Of a stretch of DNA of 64,000 bases, positions 42,225 through 51,819 are shown piece by piece. The stretch lies in the NCBI RefSeq assembly GCF_988242995.1, contig NZ_OZ547043.1; one strand, given 5' to 3'. A model generated the notes under the pieces. The model saw only the letters and a list, made by a program, of their open reading frames with translations. It did no database searches and was not told where the DNA came from. The stretch's first letter is position 1, and each line of letters begins with the position of its first letter. Both the position numbers and the translations under genes were made by a program.

Positions 42225-43723
42225 CAGAAACGCTCCAGTTCAGGGAAAGGTAAATGACCGTGATGCACATGCATGGCACCAAATTCAGCACAGCGGTGTA
42301 GCGTGGGAATGTTTTTTCCTGGGTTCAGCAAACCATCGGGATCAAACGCCGCCTTGACCGCATGGAAGGTCGTGATTTCATCGCTGTTGAACTGGGCGCA
42401 CATTTGATTGATTTTTTCTCGCCCGATGCCATGTTCCCCACTGATGCTGCCGCCAACTTCAACGCAGAGTTCGAGGATCTTCCCGCCCAGCTCTTCCGCG
42501 CGGGCAAATTCACCGGGTTCGTTGGCATCGAAAAGGATTAACGGGTGCATGTTGCCGTCTCCGGCATGAAAGACGTTAGCAACACGTAAATCATATTGCT
42601 GCGATAAACGGGCAATGCCTTCCAGTACGCCAGGCAGGGCACGGCGCGGGATGGTGCCATCCATGCAGTAGTAATCCGGGGAGATTCGTCCTACCGCAGG
42701 GAACGCATTTTTGCGACCGGCCCAGAAACGTACGCGCTCTGCTTCGTCCTGTGCCAGACGGACGTCAGTCGCGCCCGCTTTCAACAAGATGTCGTTAACC
42801 CGCTCGCAGTCTTCCTGTACGTCAGACTCCACGCCGTCCAGCTCGCATAACAAAATCGCTTCGGCGTCGACGGGATAACCGGCATGAATAAAATCTTCCG
42901 CTGCGCGGATCGACAGGTTATCCATCATCTCCAGCCCGCCGGGGATAATGCCATTGGCGATGATGTCACCAACCGCAAGTCCGGCTTTTTCTACCGAGTC
43001 AAAGCTGGCTAACAGAACCCGAGCCACGGGCGGCTTCGGCAGCAGTTTTACAGTCACTTCGGTGGTCACGCCGAGCATACCTTCCGATCCGGTGAACAGC
43101 GCCAGCAGATCAAAACCAGGCGAATCCAGCGCATCCGATCCCAACGTCAGCGCCTCGCCGTCCAGCGTTTGCACTTCAATTTTCAGCAGGTTATGTACGG
43201 TCAAACCATATTTCAGGCAGTGGACGCCACCGGCATTTTCCGCCACATTGCCGCCAATTGAACAGGCGATTTGTGAGGAAGGATCCGGCGCGTAATAGAG
43301 ATTATGCGGCGCAACGGCCTGGGAGATCGCCAGGTTACGCACGCCCGGCTGCACGCGCGCGCGGCGACCAACGGGGTTAATGTCGAGGATCTCTTTAAAG
43401 CGCGCCATCACCAACAACACACCTTTTTCCAGCGGCAGCGCGCCACCAGAAAGCCCGGTGCCTGCACCACGGGTCACCACCGGCACACGCAGGCGGTGAC
43501 AAACAGCCAGAATCGCTGTCACCTGTTCCATTTGCTTAGGCAGAACAACCAGTAATGGACGCGTGCGATACGCGCTCAACCCGTCACACTCGTAAGGAAT
43601 GATCTCCTCATCGGTATGCAGGATCTCAAGTCCAGGGACATGCTCACGCAGTGCCATCAGTACCGATGTGAGGTCGACATCGGGTAAAGCGCCATCAAGA
43701 CGCTCTTCGTACAAGATGCTCAT
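42224..43723 (-). CDS. glcD: Glycolate oxidase subunit GlcD (FAD-linked oxidase)
   Basis: 499 aa; first gene of the operon, divergent from glcC. Confidence 0.9.
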   Translation of the reverse strand: MSILYEERLDGALPDVDLTSVLMALREHVPGLEILHTDEEIIPYECDGLSAYRTRPLLVVLPKQMEQVTAILAVCHRLRVPVVTRGAGTGLSGGALPLEKGVLLVMARFKEILDINPVGRRARVQPGVRNLAISQAVAPHNLYYAPDPSSQIACSIGGNVAENAGGVHCLKYGLTVHNLLKIEVQTLDGEALTLGSDALDSPGFDLLALFTGSEGMLGVTTEVTVKLLPKPPVARVLLASFDSVEKAGLAVGDIIANGIIPGGLEMMDNLSIRAAEDFIHAGYPVDAEAILLCELDGVESDVQEDCERVNDILLKAGATDVRLAQDEAERVRFWAGRKNAFPAVGRISPDYYCMDGTIPRRALPGVLEGIARLSQQYDLRVANVFHAGDGNMHPLILFDANEPGEFARAEELGGKILELCVEVGGSISGEHGIGREKINQMCAQFNSDEITTFHAVKAAFDPDGLLNPGKNIPTLHRCAEFGAMHVHHGHLPFPELERF

Positions 43724-43973
43724 GAGTAGGCTTCGCTTTGTTGTGTTGTGTGGCAGCTGATTTTTGCGCGCTGCTTCTGTGAACAGTTATTAAGCGGGCT
43801 TTTCGTTTTCGTCTATCTCTTTAGCTACCGGTCAGACCATTTTTTTTCCAGCTCTGTGACCTTGTCTTGGTTAACTTAATGTTAAATTGATGTAACATAA
43901 TCACTTACGTGATGTGCGTGTTTTGCGAGTTAAGAACAGAAAAATTGGTCCTACCTGTGCACGAGGTCCGGGA

Positions 43974-44738
43974 ATGAAAGATGAACGTCGCCCTATTTGC
44001 GAAGTGGTTGCAGAGAGTATCGAACGGTTAATTATCGACGGCGTACTGAAGGTCGGTCAGCCGCTTCCCTCGGAACGTCGACTGTGTGAAAAGCTCGGCT
44101 TCTCACGCTCCGCACTGCGTGAAGGGCTGACCGTGCTGCGCGGGCGCGGGATTATTGAAACAGCGCAGGGTCGCGATTCTCGTGTCGCACGGCTTAATCG
44201 GGTGCAGGACACCAGCCCGCTAATTCATCTGTTCAGCACGCAGCCGCGAACGCTGTACGATCTGCTCGACGTTCGCGCATTGCTGGAGGGCGAATCGGCA
44301 AGGCTGGCGGCAACGCTGGGAACGCAGGCTGATTTTGTTGTGATAACCCGCTGTTATGAAAAAATGCTCGCCGCCAGTGAGAACAACAAAGAGATTTCGC
44401 TGATCGAACATGCACAGTTGGATCACGCTTTCCATCTCGCCATTTGTCAGGCTTCTCACAATCAGGTGTTGGTGTTTACGCTGCAATCATTGACCGATCT
44501 GATGTTTAATTCAGTGTTTGCCAGCGTAAATAATCTCTACCATCGACCACAGCAAAAAAAGCAGATCGATCGCCAGCATGCGCGGATCTACAACGCGGTG
44601 TTGCAGCGGCTGCCGCACGTCGCCCAGCGCGCAGCACGCGATCATGTGCGGACCGTGAAAAAGAATCTCCACGATATCGAGCTGGAAGGCCACCATTTGA
44701 TTCGCTCGGCGGTGCCGCTGGAGATGAAGCAGGGGTGA
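43974..44738 (+). CDS. glcC: GntR-family transcriptional activator of the glc operon
   Basis: Start set to MKDERRPICEV (254 aa); N-terminal winged HTH and FCD domain. Confidence 0.9.
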   Translation: MKDERRPICEVVAESIERLIIDGVLKVGQPLPSERRLCEKLGFSRSALREGLTVLRGRGIIETAQGRDSRVARLNRVQDTSPLIHLFSTQPRTLYDLLDVRALLEGESARLAATLGTQADFVVITRCYEKMLAASENNKEISLIEHAQLDHAFHLAICQASHNQVLVFTLQSLTDLMFNSVFASVNNLYHRPQQKKQIDRQHARIYNAVLQRLPHVAQRAARDHVRTVKKNLHDIELEGHHLIRSAVPLEMKQG

Positions 44739-44744
44739 CTGCCA

Positions 44745-45683
44745 TCAAATCTGCTTTTCATACAATCGGTAACGCTTGTACGGCTCTGCCCCAATGCGTT
44801 CCAGCATGTTATTCATGCCTGTATTGGTTTCGAGGATCCATGACATTTCCAGCGCATCGATCTTCCGGCGGGCAAACGGATCGCGTAAGGCTTCAATCAA
44901 TAACAGCGCAATCACCGGGCCGATGCGGCTAAACTGATACTCGTCCCGCACGCCCATCAGCGGTACTCGCGCAGTTCGCACACCGCTGACTTTTAAACGC
45001 CACAGCAATTTTGCCCAGCCGAAGGGAAAGAGCGATCCGTTCAGATCGGCAATCGCCTCGTTGATGTTTGGCAAGCCAACAATAAACGCGCAGGGTGCAG
45101 AATCAATCTCAGCGATGTAGATCATATCGTCCGGCACCAGATATTTAAGTTGATCGCCCATAGTCGCGAATTCATGTTCGGTAAACGGCACAAATCCCCA
45201 GTTGTGCTGCCAGCCAGAGTTGAAAATCTCACGCAGGATCTGCATCTCTTCGGCAAACCGCTGGCGATTGATGCAGCGAATGGTCACCTTCTTACGCACC
45301 TGATCCATCAGTTTTTTTAGCGCCGGAGAGAAAGTGAGATCGGTTCGCTGCATCCACCACGCTAGTAAATCAATGCCTTTGTGATAACCCAATTGTTCAA
45401 TATGCGCGGCATACCACGGTTTACCGTGCGGCATCATCGCACAGGGTGGTGTATCGAAACCTTCAATCAGTAATCCGCTTTCCTGATTGATATTCAGGCT
45501 GAAAGGACCGCTGATCTTACTTGCACCTTGTGACTTCAACCACGCTTCCGCTGCGCCAAACAACGCGGCAAAAACCTGCGGATCATCAATGGCGTCAATC
45601 ATGCCGAAATGACCGGTATCTTCACCGTAACGCTCGCGGTGCAAGGTATCTATTTGCACGGTAATACGCCCAACTATCTGCCC
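44745..45683 (-). pseudogene. yghO: yghO, C-terminal 312 codons, separated from its N-terminus by IS4
   Basis: Frame stays open from 45683 down to the stop at 44745 and is in phase with the N-terminal fragment at 47123-47326 once IS4 plus one copy of the target duplication are removed. Confidence 0.75.
45671..45683. repeat. Left copy of the 13-bp IS4 target-site duplication CAACTATCTGCCC
   Basis: Identical 13-mer at 47110-47122 immediately flanking the other IS4 end. Confidence 0.85.
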
Positions 45684-47109
45684 TAATGCCGATCAGTTAA
45701 GGATCAGTTGACCGATCCAGTGGCTGTGTAAGAATCCGGAAACGCTCACTTGTTTCCGGATTTTTTTATGCACATTGGACAGGCTCTTGATCTGGTATCC
45801 CGTTACGATTCTCTGCGTAACCCACTGACTTCTCTGGGGGATTACCTCGACCCCGAACTCATCTCTCGTTGCCTTGCCGAATCAGGTACTGTAACGCTAC
45901 GCAAGCGCCGTCTTCCCCTCGAAATGATGGTCTGGTGTATTGTTGGCATGGCGCTTGAGCGTAAAGAACCTCTTCACCAGATTGTGAATCGCCTGGACAT
46001 CATGCTGCCGGGCAATCGCCCCTTCGTTGCCCCCAGTGCCGTTATTCAGGCCCGCCAGCGCCTGGGAAGTGAGGCTGTCCGCCGCGTGTTCACGAAAACA
46101 GCGCAGCTCTGGCATAACGCCACGCCGCATCCGCACTGGTGCGGCCTGACCCTGCTGGCCATCGATGGTGTGTTCTGGCGCACACCGGATACACCAGAGA
46201 ACGATGCAGCCTTCCCCCGCCAGACACATGCCGGGAACCCGGCGCTCTACCCGCAGGTCAAAATGGTCTGCCAGATGGAACTGACCAGCCATCTGCTGAC
46301 GGCTGCAGCCTTCGGCACGATGAAGAACAGCGAAAATGAGCTTGCTGAGCAACTTATAGAACAAACCGGCGATAACACTCTGACGTTAATGGATAAAGGT
46401 TATTACTCACTGGGACTGTTAAATGCCTGGAGCCTGGCGGGAGAACACCGCCACTGGATGATACCTCTCAGAAAGGGAGCGCAATATGAAGAGATCAGAA
46501 AACTGGGTAAAGGCGATCATCTGGTGAAGCTGAAAACCAGCCCGCAGGCACGAAAAAAGTGGCCGGGACTGGGAAATGAAGTGACTGCCCGCCTGCTGAC
46601 CGTGACGCGCAAAGGAAAAGTCTGCCATCTGCTGACGTCGATGACGGACGCCATGCGCTTCCCCGGAGGAGAAATGGGGGATCTGTACAGTCATCGCTGG
46701 GAAATCGAACTGGGATACAGGGAGATAAAACAGACGATGCAACGGAGCAGGCTGACGCTGAGAAGTAAAAAGCCGGAGCTTGTGGAGCAAGAGCTGTGGG
46801 GTGTCTTACTGGCTTATAATCTGGTGAGATATCAGATGATTAAAATGGCGGAACATCTGAAAGGTTACTGGCCGAATCAACTGAGTTTCTCAGAATCATG
46901 CGGAATGGTGATGAGAATGCTGATGACATTGCAGGGCGCTTCACCGGGACGTATACCGGAGCTGATGCGCGATCTTGCAAGTATGGGACAACTTGTGAAA
47001 TTACCGACAAGAAGGGAAAGGGCCTTCCCGAGAGTGGTAAAGGAGAGGCCCTGGAAATACCCCACAGCCCCGAAAAAGAGCCAGTCAGTTGCTTAACTGA
47101 CTGGCATTA
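45684..47109 (+). mobile_element. IS4, complete 1426-bp copy
   Basis: Terminal inverted repeats TAATGCCGATCAGTTAAG (45684-45701) and CTTAACTGACTGGCATTA (47092-47109); length exactly 1426 bp; flanked by 13-bp direct repeats. Confidence 0.85.
45768..47096 (+). CDS. insG: IS4 transposase (DDE family)
   Basis: 442 aa from [16 protein letters not shown]..., recalled as the IS4 transposase; the track ORF adds six residues upstream. Confidence 0.85.
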   Translation: MHIGQALDLVSRYDSLRNPLTSLGDYLDPELISRCLAESGTVTLRKRRLPLEMMVWCIVGMALERKEPLHQIVNRLDIMLPGNRPFVAPSAVIQARQRLGSEAVRRVFTKTAQLWHNATPHPHWCGLTLLAIDGVFWRTPDTPENDAAFPRQTHAGNPALYPQVKMVCQMELTSHLLTAAAFGTMKNSENELAEQLIEQTGDNTLTLMDKGYYSLGLLNAWSLAGEHRHWMIPLRKGAQYEEIRKLGKGDHLVKLKTSPQARKKWPGLGNEVTARLLTVTRKGKVCHLLTSMTDAMRFPGGEMGDLYSHRWEIELGYREIKQTMQRSRLTLRSKKPELVEQELWGVLLAYNLVRYQMIKMAEHLKGYWPNQLSFSESCGMVMRMLMTLQGASPGRIPELMRDLASMGQLVKLPTRRERAFPRVVKERPWKYPTAPKKSQSVA

Positions 47110-47326
47110 CAACTATCTGCCCCGCTTTTTTTGCCACCCACGCCTGCCAGATGATATGGTCCGTCCCCGGATTTTTCGCAGACAAATGCTCGTTGCGTTC
47201 AATGAATAAAGGGGGTATCCAGTTTGGATCGTCGGGATAAAGTGATGACGGAAAAGCGATAAATGCCTTAAGGTCATTTTTATTAATTACTTTTTCAATT
47301 TTAATCATCAGCAGATCGCATTCCAT
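47110..47326 (-). pseudogene. yghO: yghO N-terminal fragment (68 codons) plus right copy of the IS4 target duplication
   Basis: MECDLLMIKIEKVINKNDLKAFIAF... reads in frame into the duplicated 13-mer (47110-47122), then terminates inside IS4 in the track ORF. Confidence 0.75.
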
Positions 47327-47697
47327 AGTTCTGTGGGTAACAAATAATTAACGGTGACAAACAGGTTGCAACAGCAACGAACGGCACCTTAATAATCAAC
47401 CCAATGAATACAAACGACGAATAAATAGTATTTATTAATGATTACGATAAGGTTAGAGACTACACAGAAGCGCCACAATGCCTTTTGTCGATTTAAGGCG
47501 ACCGGACAAGGCTTATTCTTAATATATTCATAAATTAAATATCATTCACAATAAAAACAAAAAAACTCAAACTCATTATTTAAATCAATGTTCATTTTCA
47601 CACTGATGAAAATACTATCTCATTTATCTTTTATGCCTATATAATCCACCGCATTATTGTCATTTTATTTTTGATATCCAATTTTTTCGTGGTGTAT

Positions 47698-49422
47698 ATG
47701 TCTAATAAAATCTTTACGCATTCCCTACCTATGCGCTATGCCGATTTTCCAACGCTGGTTGATGCTTTGGACTACGCCGCTCTGAGTAGCGCCGGAATGA
47801 ATTTTTATGACAGACGTTGCCAACTTGAAGATCAACTGGAATATCAGACGTTAAAAGCGCGTGCCGAAGCTGGTGCGAAGCGGTTGTTATCGCTGAACCT
47901 GAAAAAAGGCGATCGCGTGGCGCTGATTGCCGAAACCAGTAGCGGGTTCGTAGAGGCTTTTTTTTCCTGCCAGTATGCCGGCTTAGTCGCCGTCCCGTTG
48001 GCGATTCCAATGGGCGTCGGTCAGCGGGATTCCTGGAGCGCCAAACTGCAGGGTTTACTGGCAAGTTGCCAGCCCGCAGCCATTATCACTGGTGATGAGT
48101 GGTTACCGCTGGTCAATGCCGCGACGCATAACAACAACCCCGAATTACATGTTTTAAGCCACGCCTGGTTTAAGGCATTACCGGAAGCCGATGTTGCGCT
48201 CCAGCGTCCAGTTCCGAACGATATCGCCTACCTCCAGTACACCTCCGGCAGCACCCGTTTTCCCCGTGGCGTCATTATCACCCATCGCGAAGTGATGGCT
48301 AATCTACGTGCTATAAGCCACGATGGCATTAAATTACGCCCTGGCGACCGCTGCGTCTCCTGGCTGCCTTTCTACCATGATATGGGACTGGTCGGCTTTC
48401 TCCTGACCCCCGTCGCCACGCAGCTCTCAGTAGATTATTTGCGCACTCAGGATTTTGCCATGCGTCCTCTGCAATGGCTTAAATTGATCAGTAAAAATCG
48501 CGGCACCGTTTCCGTTGCGCCGCCGTTTGGCTATGAATTGTGCCAGCGCCGCGTGAATGAAAAAGATCTCGCTGAACTGGATCTTTCCTGCTGGCGCGTT
48601 GCTGGTATTGGTGCTGAGCCGATCTCCGCAGAACAACTCCATCAATTCGCTGAATGTTTCCGTCAGGTTAACTTTGACGATAAAACTTTCATGCCGTGCT
48701 ACGGACTGGCAGAAAATGCGCTGGCTGTCAGCTTCTCTGATGAAGCCTCCGGGGTTGTGGTTAACGAAGTGGATCGCGACATCCTTGAATATCAGGGCAA
48801 AGCCGTCGCGCCGGGTGCTGAAACACGCGCCGTATCGACTTTCGTCAACTGCGGTAAAGCGTTGCCGGAACATGGCATTGAAATCCGCAATGAAGCAGGT
48901 ATGCCGGTCGCGGAACGTGTGGTAGGCCATATTTGCATCTCCGGCCCTAGCCTGATGAGCGGTTACTTTGGCGACCAGATTTCACAAGACGAGATTGCCG
49001 CGACGGGCTGGTTAGACACCGGCGACCTCGGTTATCTGCTGGACGGTTATCTGTATGTCACCGGACGCATTAAAGATCTGATTATTATTCGTGGCCGTAA
49101 TATCTGGCCGCAGGATATTGAATATATTGCGGAACAGGAACCGGAAATTCATTCTGGCGATGCGATTGCTTTTGTTACCGCCCAGGAAAAAATCATTCTG
49201 CAGATCCAGTGTAGGATCAGCGACGAAGAACGTCGTGGGCAGCTTATCCACGCACTGGTAGCACGGATCCAAAGCGAATTTGGCGTAACAGCGGCTATCG
49301 ATCTGTTGCCGCCCCACAGTATTCCCCGAACGTCCTCCGGCAAGCCTGCCCGTGCGGAAGCGAAAAAACGTTATCAGAAGGCTTATGCTGCAAGCCTTCA
49401 TGTGCAGGAATCCCTGGCATGA
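47698..49422 (+). CDS. Fatty acyl-AMP ligase / acyl-ACP synthetase-like adenylating enzyme
   Basis: AMP-binding core motif YTSGSTRFPRGV; about 575 aa. Start uncertain (track uses TTG at 47671; first ATG is 47698). Confidence 0.7.
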   Translation: MSNKIFTHSLPMRYADFPTLVDALDYAALSSAGMNFYDRRCQLEDQLEYQTLKARAEAGAKRLLSLNLKKGDRVALIAETSSGFVEAFFSCQYAGLVAVPLAIPMGVGQRDSWSAKLQGLLASCQPAAIITGDEWLPLVNAATHNNNPELHVLSHAWFKALPEADVALQRPVPNDIAYLQYTSGSTRFPRGVIITHREVMANLRAISHDGIKLRPGDRCVSWLPFYHDMGLVGFLLTPVATQLSVDYLRTQDFAMRPLQWLKLISKNRGTVSVAPPFGYELCQRRVNEKDLAELDLSCWRVAGIGAEPISAEQLHQFAECFRQVNFDDKTFMPCYGLAENALAVSFSDEASGVVVNEVDRDILEYQGKAVAPGAETRAVSTFVNCGKALPEHGIEIRNEAGMPVAERVVGHICISGPSLMSGYFGDQISQDEIAATGWLDTGDLGYLLDGYLYVTGRIKDLIIIRGRNIWPQDIEYIAEQEPEIHSGDAIAFVTAQEKIILQIQCRISDEERRGQLIHALVARIQSEFGVTAAIDLLPPHSIPRTSSGKPARAEAKKRYQKAYAASLHVQESLA

Positions 49423-50333
49423 ATCAAACTGTCGCGGTGACGGGCGCTACCGGGTTTATCGGTAAATATATTATCGATAACCTGCTCGCCCGCGGCTTTC
49501 ACGTTCGCGCATTGACGCGTACTGCCCGCGCTCACGTCAATGACAATCTCATCTGGGTGCGCGGTTCTCTGGAAGATACTCATTCACTTAGCGAACTGGT
49601 TGCCGGAGCCAGCGCGGTGGTCCATTGCGCCGGACAAGTGCGCGGGCACAAAGAAGAGATTTTTACCCGCTGTAACGTTGACGGCAGCCTGCGACTGATG
49701 CAAGCGGCAAAAGAGAGCGGCTTTTGCCAACGTTTTCTGTTTATCTCTTCGCTGGCGGCGCGCCATCCCGAACTCTCCTGGTACGCAAATTCCAAACACG
49801 TCGCCGAACAACGGCTGACTGCAATGGCTGATGAAATTACGCTGGGCGTTTTTCGTCCGACAGCCGTGTATGGTCCCGGCGATAAAGAGTTAAAACCGCT
49901 GTTTGACTGGATGCTGCGCGGCCTGCTGCCACGACTTGGTGCGCCAGATACACAACTCTCTTTCCTGCACGTCACCGATTTTGCGCAAGCAGTGGGTCAG
50001 TGGTTAAACGCCGAAACTGTACAGACGCAAACCTATGAATTATGCGATGGCGTCGCTGGCGGCTATGACTGGCAACGCGTACGACAGCTTGCCGCCGAAG
50101 CCCGTTGTGGTTCTGTGCGGATGGTTGGCATTCCTCTGCCGCTACTCACCTGCCTTGCGGATATCAGTACTGCGTTGAGTCGCCTGGCAGGTAAAGAACC
50201 TATGCTGACCCGCTCGAAAATTCGTGAATTAACCCACGCCGACTGGTCGGCAAATAATAACCGTATTTCTGAAGATATTAATTGGTTTCCCGGGATTAGC
50301 CTGGAACACGCATTACGCAACGGGCTATTTTGA
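49419..50333 (+). CDS. NAD(P)-dependent reductase of the extended SDR (epimerase/dehydratase) family
   Basis: N-terminal Rossmann motif TGATGFIG and catalytic YANSK (YxxxK); ATGA overlap with the upstream ligase. Confidence 0.7.
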   Translation: MNQTVAVTGATGFIGKYIIDNLLARGFHVRALTRTARAHVNDNLIWVRGSLEDTHSLSELVAGASAVVHCAGQVRGHKEEIFTRCNVDGSLRLMQAAKESGFCQRFLFISSLAARHPELSWYANSKHVAEQRLTAMADEITLGVFRPTAVYGPGDKELKPLFDWMLRGLLPRLGAPDTQLSFLHVTDFAQAVGQWLNAETVQTQTYELCDGVAGGYDWQRVRQLAAEARCGSVRMVGIPLPLLTCLADISTALSRLAGKEPMLTRSKIRELTHADWSANNNRISEDINWFPGISLEHALRNGLF

Positions 50334-50364
50334 TTGTCTTGTTTAAAGGTGTGTTAACGTTTCT

Positions 50365-50613
50365 ATGGTAAATCGTGAAATAGTAATGGATTACATCCTT
50401 TCCTGTTTACAGGATTTGGTCGAAAACGGTGTGGAAATTAAGCCCGACAGCGATCTCGTCAACGATCTTGGCCTGGAGTCGATCAAAGTGATGGATCTCT
50501 TAATGATGCTGGAAGACAGATTCGATATTTCCATTCCTATTAATATTCTGCTGGATGTCAAAACCCCTGCGCAATTAATGGAAACACTACTTCCATGGCT
50601 GGAGAATAAATAA
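50365..50613 (+). CDS. Acyl carrier protein
   Basis: 82 aa four-helix-sized protein with phosphopantetheine-site-like DLGLESIKVMDL. Confidence 0.65.
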   Translation: MVNREIVMDYILSCLQDLVENGVEIKPDSDLVNDLGLESIKVMDLLMMLEDRFDISIPINILLDVKTPAQLMETLLPWLENK

Positions 50614-51785
50614 TGGGGCTATACGATAAATATGCGCGCCTTGCTGGCGAGCGACTGCAATTTAGTGACAACGGGTTAACACCGTTTGGCACCTGTATTG
50701 ATGAAGTGTATTCCGCCACCGAAGGTCGGATCGGCAATAAAAAAGTGATTCTGGCCGGGACCAATAATTATCTCGGTTTAACCTTTAATCATGATGCCAT
50801 CGCCGAAGGTCAGGCAGCATTAGCGGCCCAAGGCACCGGCACCACCGGTTCTCGTATGGCAAACGGCAGTTATGCGCCGCATCTGGCGTTAGAGAAAGAG
50901 ATCGCCGAGTTTTTTAATCGCCCTACCGCTATCGTTTTTTCAACCGGTTATACCGCTAATTTAGGCGTCATCAGCGCACTTGCCGACCATAACGCCGTGG
51001 TGTTACTGGATGCCGACAGCCACGCCAGTATTTATGACGCCTGTTCTCTCGGTGGCGCGGAAATTATTCGTTTCCGCCATAACGATGCTAAAGATCTGGA
51101 ACGGCGCATGGTTCGCCTCGGTGAACGGGCAAAAGAGGCGATTATCATCGTTGAAGGCATCTACAGTATGCTCGGTGACGTTGCGCCGCTGGCGGAAATT
51201 GTTGATATCAAACGTCGTCTCGGTGGTTATTTGATTGTCGATGAAGCGCATTCGTTTGGCGTGTTAGGCGCAACGGGGCGCGGACTGGCTGAAGCCGTTG
51301 GCGTTGAAGATGATGTGGATATTATCGTTGGTACTTTCAGTAAAAGTCTGGCCTCGATTGGCGGTTTTGCTGTCGGTTCGGAAGCGATGGAAGTGCTGCG
51401 CTACGGCAGCCGCCCGTATATTTTTACCGCCTCTCCTTCTCCGTCCTGCATTGCGACCGTGCGCTCGTCGTTAAGAACCATTGCTACACAACCAGAGTTG
51501 CGGCAAAAGCTGATGGATAATGCCAACCATCTGTATGACGGTCTGCAAAAACTGGGTTATGAGTTAAGTTCACATATTAGCCCGGTAGTGCCAGTAATAA
51601 TCGGTTCGAAAGAGGAAGGTTTACGCATCTGGCGCGAGCTTATTTCGCTGGGCGTTTATGTGAATCTTATCCTGCCACCTGCCGCGCCTGCAGGCATCAC
51701 GCTGCTGCGCTGTAGCGTAAACGCTGCCCACAGTCGTGAGCAAATCGATGCCATCATTCAGGCATTTGCTACTCTGAAGCAGTAA
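50613..51785 (+). CDS. PLP-dependent alpha-oxoamine synthase (serine palmitoyltransferase / 8-amino-7-oxononanoate synthase family)
   Basis: 390 aa with the family blocks FSTGYTANLG, HASIYDA, DEAHSFGVLG and the PLP-lysine motif GTFSKSLASIGGF; TAATG overlap with the ACP gene. Confidence 0.75.
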   Translation: MGLYDKYARLAGERLQFSDNGLTPFGTCIDEVYSATEGRIGNKKVILAGTNNYLGLTFNHDAIAEGQAALAAQGTGTTGSRMANGSYAPHLALEKEIAEFFNRPTAIVFSTGYTANLGVISALADHNAVVLLDADSHASIYDACSLGGAEIIRFRHNDAKDLERRMVRLGERAKEAIIIVEGIYSMLGDVAPLAEIVDIKRRLGGYLIVDEAHSFGVLGATGRGLAEAVGVEDDVDIIVGTFSKSLASIGGFAVGSEAMEVLRYGSRPYIFTASPSPSCIATVRSSLRTIATQPELRQKLMDNANHLYDGLQKLGYELSSHISPVVPVIIGSKEEGLRIWRELISLGVYVNLILPPAAPAGITLLRCSVNAAHSREQIDAIIQAFATLKQ

Positions 51786-51790
51786 TGTGA

Positions 51791-51819
51791 GCCCGCTGTG
51801 GTGCTGCGCCACGGCGGGT
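51791..51819. terminator. Hairpin between convergent stop codons, probable bidirectional terminator
   Basis: GCCCGCTGTGG...CCACGGCGGGT imperfect inverted repeat occupying the whole gap between the synthase stop (51783-51785) and the permease stop (51820-51822). Confidence 0.4.

Noticed and set aside
47093-47326. 77-aa ORF listed as a separate gene
   Set aside because: It is the N-terminal fragment of yghO reading into the IS4 end; the last residues are encoded by the target duplication and IS sequence.
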